From Azolla caroliniana (lineage: Eukaryota; Plantae; Polypodiophyta), in contig JBHGNT010000009.1 of assembly GCA_043228905.1 (NCBI GenBank), forward strand, positions 19,220,001 to 19,284,000: a stretch of DNA of 64,000 bases, written 5' to 3'. This document shows positions 33,085 to 46,211 of this stretch, in pieces (the first letter of the stretch is position 1; the number at the start of each line of letters is the position of its first letter). The position numbers and the translations under genes were made by a program. Below the pieces are notes generated by a model. It made no database searches. It had not been told where the DNA came from and was given only the letters and a program-made list of their open reading frames with translations.

Positions 33085-35812
33085 ACGGCTAGTCGAGTAA
33101 TGTATTGCTTGGTGACATGTGTCCATGACCACATGCTCGGTTACATTCGAGAAGCCAAGATGTTGAAGGAAGCATGGGAGAATCCAGGAAAGATTTTCAC
33201 AGCCAACACAACCGCAAGAAAACTTCAACTCTGCCAATATTTGAACAACATCCAACACAGGGACATCTCTATCACAAGTTACACCTTGAAGATCAAGGAG
33301 CTTTGTGACTCACTCAGCTCAATAAACATCAAAGTGGAGGATGATGAGATGATGCAGATATGCCCAGGAGGCCTCGCTCCACAGTACAACGCGATGAGAA
33401 CCATCGTCCTAGCAAGAGACTACCCCCCCTCTTTCTTCAATCTTCAATCAATGTTGTTGGTTGAAGAAAACCATGTTCAAACAAGGAGCAATGCCTTGAA
33501 AGGCCACATGCTCTACACACACTTGGACAGAGGAAGAGGACACGGTCGTGCAAGAAGCCCATTTGGCCAAGGACAAGGCAGATGGGCTTCGGCCTATGAA
33601 AACAACTCCCATTACCAACAAGACAGTGGAAATTCAAGAGGAACATTCAAAAGAAGGGGTAGCTTCCATGCCGGTCCAAGCCGACAAAACAACCCCATCA
33701 AATGTGGATATTGTGGCAAAATCGGCCACCATGAAGAGGAGTGTAGAAAGAAAAAGAGTGAGTCAGCTTCTACAAGCCGACAACTCACCAATTATGCCAC
33801 CAACTCTGAATACGACGACTATGGTGATTTATTTGTAATGAGACATAGAGTGAATTTTATGTCAGCCTCAGGCCCGACCAGCACCTCTAATTTGGACAAC
33901 GTATGGTTTGTCGACTACGGCTCATCAAACCACCAGCCTCGCATCAAGAACGGCTTCGAGACCTACGAAAGCTGAATCGACCCAGCTATGTCAAGACCGG
34001 AGATGACACTACACATTTGATTAAACATGTCGGCAATGTCCCATTTAAGAAAGAAGGTGAACAACCTTGCATAAAAAACGTCTTGCATGTACCGACCATA
34101 ACGAGGAATTTGGTCTCGGTTGGCCAAATTGTTGAGCAAGGCATGCAAGTCTGATTCAACCAAGGTGATTTCTTCATTGAGAAGGAAGGCAAACTAATCG
34201 CTCGTGGTTGAAGGTAAGGAAAAATGTTTATCCTCAAGTTGAACATGGTAAAATAGGCCATGCCTGTAAAGGGCCATAAAGCAAGCACCGATCTAGAGTT
34301 ATGGCATAAAAGAATCAGTTGTATCCACCTTCAAAAGCTCTAGGGGATGCAATCAAAAGGAGTCACCATTGGACTCCCTACATTCAAAGAGAAAGAGATT
34401 GAAGGAGTATGTGGAGCTTGCCAATTTGGCAAGCAACATCGGCACTCATTCCTGAAAGAGAGGAATGTGAGCAAAGACCTATTGAACGTAATCCACTCAG
34501 ATGCGTGGGGACCTGCTCAGACGGTAACATTCGGAGGATGTCGACACTATGTTGCCATTATTGACAACATCTCCAGGCACACATGGATCTTTCCCATGAG
34601 GCAAAAGATTGAAGTGTTTACACACTTCCAAAAATTCAAACATGGAGTCGAAAAGGAAACAAGTCGTCATGTTAGATGCCTTCGGTTGGATGGAGGTAAA
34701 AAGTACTTCTCCAACGAATTTTTGGCTTATCTCCAGAAAGAAGGAATTCTGCGAGAGTTTATATGCCAACACACTACAACAGAACGGAGTGGTTGAACGC
34801 AAGAATCCGCACATCCTCAAAGTAGCAAGGGCAATGATGAACGAAAAGAATTTGCCAAAATCGTATTAGGCAAAAGCAACAAATATTGCCGTCTACCTAA
34901 TGAACTGATGTACGACATCCAACATACACGAGATCACCTCTCATGAGAAATATTATGCAAAGAACCTGGATCTATCCCATTTGAGGATATTCGGCTTAAT
35001 TGCATACGTGCACATTCCCAACGAAAAGCGACGAAAGCTAGCTCCCAAGTCGGAGAAATGCATCCTCGTAGGGTACTCACTGGAACAAAAGGGGTACAAA
35101 TGCTTCAACCCCTCTACCCGGAAGGTTCGTGTAAGTCTGGACGAATTAGCATCATGGTACGAACCTAGGCCAACTCCTCCCGAACCATCTACAAACGACC
35201 TTGAGAACACAGAAGAGGATGATCACTAAGGTCAATACCCGAGGAGAGTCTGACCTCAACTAGATTGAGCAGACCACACGAACCTCCAAGTGACCAAAGC
35301 ATATCTCAAACGATTCTAAATATGGACAAAGGGAAGGCCAAAATGCTAGAATATGAAGAAGATCAATCCAACGGCAACGAATCAACTCACTCACTTGAAA
35401 GTGAGTTTGGTGCCTTTGATGTGCCTCTTATAAGGACACCTAGAGTGAAGAAAGTTATTGCCATGGAAAATGAAAAACTTCGTCGCTCCACCCGAGAATA
35501 TAATATGGTTAGCCGATTCGGCTACAATGACTATATGGCATATCACTATGCCTTTATATTGAAGGTGGCAGTTGTTCGTGAACCGAAAAGCTTTACCAAA
35601 GCCATTAAAGATCCGCGATGGGTTGAAGCGATGAACGAGGAATGCAAGCTCTCTCTAAGAACGAGACATGGGATCTCGTCCCCCACTCACCTCACAAGAA
35701 GGCAATCGGTTGCAAATGGATATTCAAGGTGAAGTATAATGTTGACGGCTAAGTCAGTCATTATAAAGCCCGACTCTTAGCGAAAGGATACGCACAAACA
35801 CATGGAGTGAGA
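33085..35812 (+). pseudogene. Degenerate Copia fragment F (gag-PR-INT to the start of RT), same clade as A and B
   Basis: ASRVMYCL, CGYCGKIGHHEEEC, CGACQFGKQH, RLDGGK, KARLLAKGYAQTHG; many stops and no LTRs visible. Confidence 0.88.
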
Positions 35813-37905
35813 TCTCATTGATGAAGGAAATAAATGAGCTTCATTTCCAAGTATAGTGGCTTTGTGCACAAGATTATCGATGTGAAAAGTTTTCTAATGA
35901 GAACTCGTTGATAAAGGAAATATATGAATATACACAAATATTCATTTCTTTTTGTCACTTCCAACATAAGAATATTCTGCAATAGAATATGGATATGGAA
36001 CAAACATTGCAAAGTAGAAGCTCAAATACTTGAGGATGAAGAAATTGAGTATGCGACAAAAGAAAAAGTCATGGCTTTTGAAATAAAGTAGCTTTGGACC
36101 TCTACATGCTCTCAGAGATACATAATCTCATACATTCTTGATTAAGAAAAAATATAAATTAGTTAAAATAGAAAACAAATAGCTTTTGGAATGATGTAGG
36201 TCAACAATCGGAGTATTCAGCATCAAAGTCCACATTAGAGCTTTTGAATACATCTTTTGCATTGAGACCATCCTTGCTACGCTTTTCAGCTCCACCTATA
36301 GAACATCAATACCTTTAGGAAACCATCAACCCATATACCTGTCCGATTTTATAATCCTTCCAAACACACAATCTACATATACCTAGAATCCCCATTTCAA
36401 CAGTTTGGTCAAGTGTTTGAGAGCCCTATTATTAAAGTTCATCTTTATCAAATGTTGAGTCTCATATTGGGATTTACAACTTTATCTTTATCAATATGTT
36501 GTGGATGTATGAAAGATCAATCAATATGTTGTGTTCTGCATAAACCCGTTTCCAATTCGTATGTTTGCCGAAGAGTTCGCGTATGGCCTCAAATCACCAA
36601 ACTTCATAAGTATCTTATAATTTCAATTTTGCATAGTCATCCTCGATTGTTGATTCTTATACATCTTATTTGGCAGGGGTCTAAGCACTGGTACAGTGAT
36701 GATGACGTCTACCTCCATGCGTTACAATCACTAAGTGGGCACAACATGTTTTGGGTCTCTAAACTTGTGACCACATCTTGTTTTTTGCCAATCTCTATAT
36801 GTCTTGTACATGTTATTTTACCCCTCGGTATTGCAATTGGGTTACTTGTAATAGCCACACTTGTATAGATCTCGGATATGTCGAATATGGGGCGTGTAAA
36901 CAAACTTGTTTGGCCATTTTGGGCTTGTGAATGCCTTGTAGGTATTGTAAATTTCCGGCATGTAATTTTGCCCACAATATATTGTATTTTACACAATACA
37001 AACAACACTTTTTGATAAATTCCTGTACATATTGTAGCTTTTTTTTGTGCATATTACAATACTCATTGGGCCATGTATAGAAACTTTAAATAGTTCAAAC
37101 AATAGTTGGGAGCCACAAAAACAATTTTACTACCGATATGCAATATTGAAAATTTACATGTAAATTATAGCTTCATACCTTGTAACTTTCATCAATACAG
37201 AACACGTAATAAATAATAAAGTCAAATAACCTTTATCAAACTAGAATACAACACAATCAACTATCAACACTAGGATACCTAACATCTCACCATTTGAAGA
37301 CTCAAAATACATAACACAAACTATTGAATCATGATCACATTAAACCAAAGTACCTTTAATCTATAACAATTAAACCAAAACATGGAACTGATGACGACCA
37401 ACCTCTACACTAGAACCTGCCCTAGCGAAGCAATAAACCCTAACCTAAAACTATAAAAAAATCAATTGAGTTGAAATGATGAAGGAAAAATGAAAAGACA
37501 TATACTAGTTCCTAAAACCCTGCCTCAAAGGGGATGAACTCGATGCAATGAACAACTACTTTGCTACTCACATTCAACCTTCTCCCCAAGGTTTTGTAAT
37601 TTCCACCCTCACCTACCTCATCATTTGGAATTTCCATTAAGAGCCCTTGGTGACAAATCTTGTTTTGCAGGATTTACAATGCATTTCAAAGTCATAATGG
37701 TATAAATATATACAACAAATAGATAAACACATTTTCTATTTTATTTTTCTTCGTGTTCTTTTGTTTATTGGAGAACTTCCTAAACTTACCCTTTCTAAAA
37801 TTATCACAACAGGAAGTACAAAAATTATAAATGGAAAATGAATCTCGGCAAAACCAATCCAGCTAGGGTTGTCAAACTCAAGAAAAATATAAAACTCTTC
37901 GCACT

Positions 37906-38640
37906 TTGGAGACCCACTATGAGTCCAAGGCTACTCCATTAGAACTTGTCACTTTTAGATTCTTTATGATACCAAAGGAGGTACATAACATGGTCAATAT
38001 GTTAAAAATAGGAAGTGCATTGTCGGAAGTTGATTGGTCTTTGATGATGCAAGATGGCTATGCATTCCAAGATCTAGGCAAAGTGGCACATTTCCAACCA
38101 TACTTGCATGGTCCAAATGGATCTCGAGCTCAACAACCATTTATCTTGATACTTCAAGCTAAATGGATATTGGAAATGTTGGATAGATTGTCGCAAAACA
38201 ACTCTTGGGCAATCGACTCCACATTTTAAACTAATTAATTTGGGCTCCCATTATATGCAGTTGTTGCATCAAATGCCATGGGAATAGGGATCCCACTATG
38301 GTATATGATTTGTAGTTCTAATAAGGTCTCATATCATGAGCAAGTGGCATTAGAAACTTGCTTGAAAGCCACATTTGCTAGGATGCCTAGAGTAAGGCTT
38401 AGAATACGCAAACAAACCTGGAGTTTGGCAATATATCGACAGTGGATGGTCTAGACAAACTTGTGTTTGGAGGAGTCTATGGCCCAAGTTTGGTAGACTA
38501 TTCAATTATGGACATGTTGACACTACCAATCTTGTGAACTGAGAAGGTTCGATGTTTGCATTGTAATGGTTTGACATTGACTTCAAGCGACTCCAATGCA
38601 AATTGTTGCAAAAATTGTGGGTGTGTAACTTGCCATACTT
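37906..38640 (+). pseudogene. Mutator-like (MULE) transposase fragment
   Basis: WAIDSTF*TN*FGLPLYAVVA..GIGIPLWYMIC resembles the first catalytic-Asp block of MULE transposases; terminal CLHC..CKNC motif. Confidence 0.7.
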
Positions 38641-38779
38641 TGAACAAGAGCCTTGATCTCATAGTTTTTTATGACATTACATCATGTGATTTTTATATGT
38701 AAAATTATGTATTTTTGTATTTTTGAAAAAGTTTTTGATATTTTTTTAAACAATGGTCGCTTCAGAAATTTCAATCACA

Positions 38780-39330
38780 TACCCAGGTTAGGTTCATGTA
38801 CCCAGGTTAGGTTTGGGTGTTACAGAATAGCTTGTTAGAGCTGGGTTAGTTGTGGCAGATCCAATTGTTAGAGTCGGGTTAGATATGACAGAGGCTCGTC
38901 AGACCCGGGTTGCGTTTTAGGCGCGCACTTTTTGTGGATAGAGATTGAACGGTGTAGACGCATGCACCATTCAAAACGTGCCATCCACCATCCGTGTCTG
39001 CGATTTCCTCACCAGTCCTAATTATGATTTCATTGCAAATAGAAACGAGTGTATGTATGTGATCTATATATGTGTTTATGTATGTATGTGATCTATGTAC
39101 GTATGTATATGCGACATGTCAAAATACCTCCAAAATTTGAAGAGGGCAAGTGAGGGAATCGCAGAGAGGGACGGTGCAGGTCGCTCACCGAGGGCACGTG
39201 TGATCTGCACCGTCCAATGTGGAAAAAATTACGCGCGAAGAAATGGTCACTTATTAGGGAACCCAACTAGGAGCCCCACTCATTAATTAAGAGTCGGACT
39301 AGGAGCCCTGCTCATTAATGAGCACTAACT
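38780..39330. repeat. Two oppositely oriented related transposon-like ends flanking a degenerate (TATG)n tract (~39050-39110)
   Basis: Left arm ATTGAACGGTG..CTGCGATTTCCTCAC is the inverse of right arm GTGAGGGAATCGCAG..CACCGTCCAAT; both are homologous to 59043-59130. Confidence 0.6.
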
Positions 39331-41648
39331 ATAAAAGCCATGAATCGCTCATTTTGAACCTATTTTTAAAACAAAGTTTTAGGGTATTTGGAGGGAAGAA
39401 TTAGAGAGGAGCACCACTTTCCACCAGCGAGCACTTCCCAACCACCTACCATCCTCATTCGATATGCAAAACGAAGGCAATAATAGGTATGTATTTCGAT
39501 GATTATTTCTATTTTTTACATCGTTATCTCTTTTCTTTTCATTTACATTTGATCACATGGTGCCATATTCTAACATGGCGAGAGACTTAGTTGTTCCATT
39601 TTTCAAATGTGTCATATAAATGCATTGTTCTAATTTCATCATCAATATGAAGAAATGTTTAATCAAAAACAACGGGTCGTTTTCTATATGCTAGTAACAA
39701 GTGTGCAAGAAACTTTTCTACGATAGTAAATTTTTCAATAACATTTTTGTATTTTCTTTCAACCCACTTTCATTGGTTTCCACCAAACGAAACTAAGCTC
39801 AAAGCAACACAAAATACGTTTGCTCAAGCATTGATTATCTCACATACTTAGTTACAACACAAGGTACGATTATCTTGAGCACTTATGTATTCCCGTTTAC
39901 ATACATAGGAATGCAATTATTCCGAGCACACAGATGTGGATACACATCATTGGTTTGTTATTTTCCTATTGGATGACGACAATGATAATATTATGTAATA
40001 GAGATCAACTAAGAATTGTAAGCATAGATATAATCACCATGAGGACATGCCATTATAGCCAATGAATACCATGTACGTATGTGTGCCTGCATATTCTAAA
40101 TGTTTGAATTCTTCCACGTGATCCTTCATAATATGGAAATCATGTTTGGATATGGAACCATTTGTTTCTCATATGCCATATTCTAAATGTTTGAATTCTT
40201 CCACTCTACATTGGTATCTTATTAAGAGAACTAGGTTCAATCATGATCCTAGACATACAATAGGCTTTGTAATCAAAGTAGGATTTGAAATTTGATATAT
40301 TTCAAACATTTTAATATGCAATGTATTTGAATCACCATAAATAACATGTTTGTCTGGTGTCCCTGATTTTATTGGCTTCTTTTGTATCCCTTTTTTTCTT
40401 CTTGCATCTCATATGCCATATTCAAAATGCTATTGGAGACACCTTGCATGTTCCACATTTCTCCATTGAATATTTCAGATGTTATTATATATGGACTTGT
40501 GTCCTCCCAATTATTTAGCTATATCAATAAAAAATTGTTGCATGAATTTGACGATTTCTAGGTGTGCTTGGATTGTGAAATTCGAAGACTTGAATGCAAT
40601 GGATATATTGGTGGTTATTGAAGATGGCATGTGGTTTGTCAGATGGCTAGTCGGTCCAAGACCTTCATAGACTTTGATGCGGATTGGAGTGAAACAATAC
40701 CCTATGAAAGGAGGTATGGCCTGAATCATTTATCAACTATATATTTTGTATAAATAGTGATGTTTGTGTGCTAACTTGAATGATGGTTTAGGGTTTTTGT
40801 AAGAAAGGGTGTTAGGTGCCCCAAATCCAATGATATGGATGCTGAAAACATCATTACTGAAAACCCTATGAATGACTCGAACATTGATACGAATCTCATG
40901 GGGCCATTTGTTGAAGATGTCAAACTAAATGGTGAGTTGATGTACATTCTTATAATCATTATTGAAGTAAGTATATGTTGGGTTTTTCTAATGCAAATGT
41001 CATACCAATGTTGTAGTGGACCCTATGTCCCTCTTGAAGTGTGGAAGAGACACAATAGGTATCAAATGTCACACATGTATCGTTGGAGATTCATGCAGAA
41101 AAGAGGTACTATGGTTTCACACGAAAGCTAAGATGGAGGTTACAGAAGGCACATGGCATTTGTGTAATACTAGCTCGGGGGCTGAAGATAGAGGAAGAAG
41201 AGCAATCGACCTCCATGAAGAGCACAACCACCTCCTTCTTCAGCAACTACGAAAGACAACGATCGATAAGGAATTTTTTGGATCCAGAGCTAAAGTAAAA
41301 CAGATCACGCCAATCGTACATGACAAAGTTGAAGACAAGAGCAATTAACATCTTCAAAGCTAGTCCGGACAGATTTCGAACATCCAATGAGGCTGATTTC
41401 ATTGCCAGATTCATCAACCAAGAGATGGCCAGGTTACGACGAAAGGAAGGAGCACCGGATAGAGGTGGTCATGGGTTTGGCATGCCACAAGAAAAATGTG
41501 GACCCAGCCAAATTGTAGGACATTACATCATCCGACACAGATGAGGATGAGGACATTGGGATTGTCTTTGTTGGTCTTGAGACAATCACGAAAACATGGA
41601 ATAACACAAGAAGAAATAAGTTCACTAGGTATGTCGTTATGGTGGGGG

Positions 41649-41939
41649 TAGGGATCGGCAACGGTTCGGTTTAGGCTTAGCCGGTTTGGCTTGGATCAAG
41701 CCAAACCGGCTAAGCCTAAACCGTTTTGGGGATCTCAAACCTGAACCGAACCGAACTGGTTCATAAACCGGTTTAGCCTAAACCGGTTTGTGAACCGGTT
41801 TGGTAAACAGCTTAGAAACCAGTTTCCAAACCGGCTTGGAAACCTCCCTCTCTCTCTCTCTCTCTCTCTCCAATGATCCACTATATAGTATACATTGTAC
41901 AAGCTCTCCCTCCCACTCTCTCTCACACGTCTGTGTGGT

Positions 41940-41983
<44 letters not shown>

Positions 41984-42120
41984 CTTATCTATTGTCTCCC
42001 TCCCTCTCTTCTCTCTCCTTGTCCGTGTAGTTTTCCCTCACTCTCTCCCCCCTTGTCTGTTGTCTCCCCCCCCCCCCCCCCTCTCTCTCTCTCTCTCTCC
42101 CCTCGTCTGTTTAGTCTCCC

Positions 42121-42198
<78 letters not shown>

Positions 42199-42422
42199 CT
42201 TTTCTGTTGTCTCCCTCTCTCTCTTTCTCTCTCTCTCTTTCTTGCTCTAAAGTTTCTAAACGGCTTAGCCGGCTTGAGCCAATTTGGCGAGGCTCAAGCC
42301 AAGCCGAGTCCAGCTCAAACCATTAAGGCAAGTTCAAACCTAAACCAAGTCGAGCCGCTAAGCCGCTTTAAGCCAGCTAAGCCAAATGGTTTAGGCTTGA
42401 GCCGAGCCGTTGTCAATCCCTA
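41649..42422. mobile_element. Non-autonomous hAT-type element (MITE) with a (CT)n core
   Basis: TIRs TAGGGATCGGCAACGG / CCGTTGTCAATCCCTA; 8-bp TSD GGTGGGGG (41641-41648 / 42423-42430); subterminal AACCG/GGCTT repeats. Confidence 0.92.
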
Positions 42423-43984
42423 GGTGGGGGCATGAGATCAAGAGTTAACTTCATGTTTTTTTTATACTTGCTAATCTGGCCTAATAAACAAGTTTCAAGT
42501 GGCTTATCAAAGACTAGATGTAGTGGTCTTTTTTACTAAGGTAGAACTATGTTCGTTGTGCACCGTAGGCGAGATGGCATCCATGTGGACAATGATCTTC
42601 CTCCACTTATGGATGGAGTACTCGCTACCCCCCGAGATCAACAAGTGGTTTCATATTTTTGATCCATTATGGGTACAATTGGAGTCTGATATTGAGGAGT
42701 TTGAGATAATGGATTAAGCCTTGTATTTTTGAAGCTTTTAGATTCATACCTATGTATATATATGTCTGTATAAACGGTCTATGCAATGCTTTAGTAAAAG
42801 CCTGTTTCTTGGTCGGGGGTTTTCTTAGTTGAGTTTTTCTATCACTTTATGATACTAATGTGGGGGAGCATATGCTCTCCTAGTGCTGAAATCATTCTTG
42901 AAGAGCTGAAATCATGCTCTGCTAGTGCTGCATACGCCCTAGTAAGTCAATAATGGAGAAGATAGGCTCTGTGAACACTGCACTAAATGGGGAGTTTAAT
43001 TGTTACTCTATTGCTACAAGAAAGTTCTCGTGCCCACCCCCACAAAGTGATGAATGAGAGGTTTCAAAATGTGTAGCCCCCACAAATGTGTAGCTTAATG
43101 TTGAAAATTATGTTCGAAATCCTCAAAAATCAATTACCGGCATATATCACGTGGAAGCTTAACTGATTTCAACATTCCATTTGTTCCAGTGAGGAGCTTG
43201 ACTCATATCGAAGGAGGGAACCCGACTAATTAATGAGGAGCCTGACTCATTAATAGGTAGGTGCCCAACTACGTGTAATGATGGTGTTGCAAAGATCATA
43301 CTAACGGACACACTAAATTGATTCACCAAAGTCACTAGCATGCACTAAGAGGTGAAATCATTCAGATCATTCACGGTCTATTAATCACTCGCACTAATTT
43401 CACTCACCTCAACCACAGTCAAACCGCAGAAATCATTCACGAACAGCTAGCATTCTCGATCATTCAGTAAGAGATGAAATCATTCTCGAACTAAATCTGA
43501 ATTGAAGAAGAGCTAAAATCATCCACTTAACTCATGTGCATTTTCGATCACATTGAATTCATTTGAACTTCAATCACTGGCATTCATTTGAATTCATTCA
43601 CTTCAATGACCATAATAATCGACCACAACCATCTATGGAGAGCACAATGCATCATGGTGTCTTTGCCGTGTCGGAAGATGAATTGGAGGATACGTCATGG
43701 TCATCTAGCGCATCGTTTGTATCTGAGGACGAATTGGAGAAGCCTTTTGAGTCGTCGAATTTCGATCGTGAGGATGAGGCAATGGATCCCTTCATGTATT
43801 GTTCCCCCAGGTATTTTTCATTCTGAAGAGGTACGTGTCATGAACAAATGACCATTATAGCATCACCCGAACTTGGACCTCGAACCTTGTAATCCATAAT
43901 TGAAAACCTCAACCATTAAGATAGCTTATTGTCATATGAGAGGATAAAAGCTACTTTTTGTATTAGATTGATTATTGTAAAAAC

Positions 43985-44089
43985 TCTAGATCATTCTAGA
44001 ATGTTCTAGGATATCCTAGAACATTCTAGAACATTCTAGAACATTATAGAAATCTCTAAGTTATTCTATAGGAACCTATAAATAAGGGC
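43985..44089 (+). promoter_or_regulatory. Heat-shock-element array and TATA box in the chromovirus LTR (shorter copy at ~45672-45745)
   Basis: GAAcaTTCtaGAAcaTTCtaGAA alternating nGAAn units just upstream of CTATAAATA. Confidence 0.75.
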
Positions 44090-44240
44090 ATACATGTATT
44101 CTCAAATCAATTCGAATCAAATTGTCAGAACCAAGAATAAAAGATAGAATTATGGAAGAAGGATATAAGGGAACATGAGAAGAGAGGAACGAAATGCTAA
44201 GAGAAGAATGGGTGTATTAAGATAGAGAAAGAAAGAGAAT

Positions 44241-45513
44241 CCCCATAGCTGGACATTTTGGTATTGCCAAGACCATTGAGCTGGTGAAACGTTCGTTTTG
44301 GTGGCCTCACATGCAAAAAATTGTCGAAGATTACGTGTGCACATGTTACACTTGCTGTTGCGCCAAAATACCCAAGCATCATCCTTATGGCTTACTACAA
44401 CCATTACCACCTCCCATCAAGCCATGGCAGTCTATTTCTATGGATTTCATTACGGATCTGCCACCTTCCAAAGGCTTTGATAGTATTTTAACAATAGTGG
44501 ATCAGTTCACAAAGATGGCACATTTTGTACCATGTGTAAAGACCATTAGTAGTGAAGAAACTACAAATCTCATTATGTGTGAGGTGTTTCGCCATCATGG
44601 TCTCCCAAATGATATTATTAGCCATCGAGGTCCTCAATTTATCTCACACTTTTGGAAGCACCTATGGGCAGGCCTCAAAATCTCCTGCAAACTCTCTTCG
44701 GCTTATCATCCACAAACTAACGAACAAACAAAGCGCACAAATCAAACACTCGAGCAGTATCTTCAATGCTTCATCAGTTATCAACAAGATGATTGGAGCA
44801 ATATTTTACATCTTGTCGAGTTTGCATACAACAACACGGTACACTCTTCTACCAAAGTTACACCTTTCTTTGCCTACACTGGCAACCACCCTCGATGGTG
44901 TATCCTAGATCTCCCTAAGGTGTCACGAAACCCTAGTGCGGCGCATCACCTCCACCAACTACAACAAATCCAGTTTGAGTTATCTTCACATCTTCAAAAA
45001 GTGCAACCACACCATAAGACCAATGCCGATCGGCATCATCTTAAATCTCCTTTTAAGGTTGGTGACCGAATATGGTTGCTTCGTCGTCACATCAAGACTA
45101 CCCACCCGTGTGCTAAGCTCGATTATCAACCCTTAGGTCCTTTTGTCATCAGAACACGGATTAATGATGCAACATTTCGTCTTAACCTTCCTACACATAT
45201 GCGGCTTCACCCAGTCTTTCATAGCTCTCTTTTGGAACCTTGCCGCACCTCTTTAATTCCTAATCGTGCCGTACCACCACTGCCTTCTGTCCAACTGGTT
45301 GACAGCCCCGAATACGAGGTAGCTGCTATTCTCGATTCTAAGATTGTATGCAATAAGCTTTATTATCTAGTTGATAGGCTTGGCTATCCTCCGAGTGATC
45401 ACACTTGGGAACCTGTTGATAACATTTGTAATGCTCAAGCTCTTGCCAACGACTTCCATCGCCACTATCCAAACAAACCCGGCCCTACAATGTTAACGTC
45501 GACTTCCACTTGA
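44241..45513 (+). pseudogene. Chromovirus integrase plus chromodomain (open frame, N-terminally truncated, catalytic residues altered)
   Basis: AGHFG..FWWP..C..C zinc finger, ISMDFITDLP, SAYHPQTN, GPF (GPY/F) motif, EYEVAAILD..YYLV..GYPPSDHTWEP chromodomain. Confidence 0.9.
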
Positions 45514-46211
45514 CATTCTCGAAGGAGGGATAGTGTCATGAACACATGACCATTATGGCATCACCCGGACTTGAACCTCGAACCTTGTAATCCATAATTG
45601 AAAACTAGATAACTTATTGTCATATGAGAGGATAAAAGCTACTTTTTGTATTAGATTGATTATTGTAAAAACTCTAGATCATCCTAGAACATTCTAGAAC
45701 ATTATAGAAATCTCTAAGCTATTCTAGAGGAACCTATAAATAAGGGCATACATGTATTCTCAAATCAATTCGAATCAACACCAGTCTTTAGCTCTCATTA
45801 CATATTTTGTATCCATTCTCTTTCTTTCTCTATCTTAATACACCCATTCTTCTCTTAGAATTTCGTTCCTCTCTTCTCATATTCCCTTATATCCTTCTTC
45901 CATCACTCTATCTTTTATTCTTGGTTCTGACAGTACGTATGATTGATGGTTGAAGATTTATCGGGACAAGTTAAGGTAACATTAGAAGCATTACATGATG
46001 TCGCAAGGAGTGCACCTCTCAATTTCCATGCATGGAGGCGCATGAAGAGTCGTCTCATACTCGAGACTGAGAGTGCAATCTACCTTAAGGCATCACCTAA
46101 TCTTCAAGTAATATATGTCTAGAAATGGAGGCAGGTAGTATTAGCATCACATGATCACGCATCCCATCACACATTTTCAAAGACTCTTAAAGAGTTAAAG
46201 CAAGATTACGT

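Larger units (their letters stand above)
43836..45932 (+). mobile_element. Internally deleted chromovirus (Ty3/Gypsy, Tcn1-like) with a partly inverted 5' LTR
   Basis: TSD GTACG (43831-43835 / 45933-45937); 5' LTR 43836-44240; PPT GAAGGAGGGATAG; 3' LTR 45534-45932. Confidence 0.92.

Noticed and set aside
35813-37900. AT-rich region with short ORFs (also 20833-21650 and 27855-28520)
   Set aside because: No recognisable domain or consistent splice structure.
41800-42326. SL/RE-repeat ORFs (also at 801-1067, 6361-6586, 47909-48169)
   Set aside because: Translations of (CT)n/(GA)n tracts inside LTRs and MITEs.
39900-43200. Possible host gene fragments around the hAT MITE
   Set aside because: Short, stop-ridden frames with no recognisable motif; probably internal transposon debris, but this cannot be shown from the sequence.
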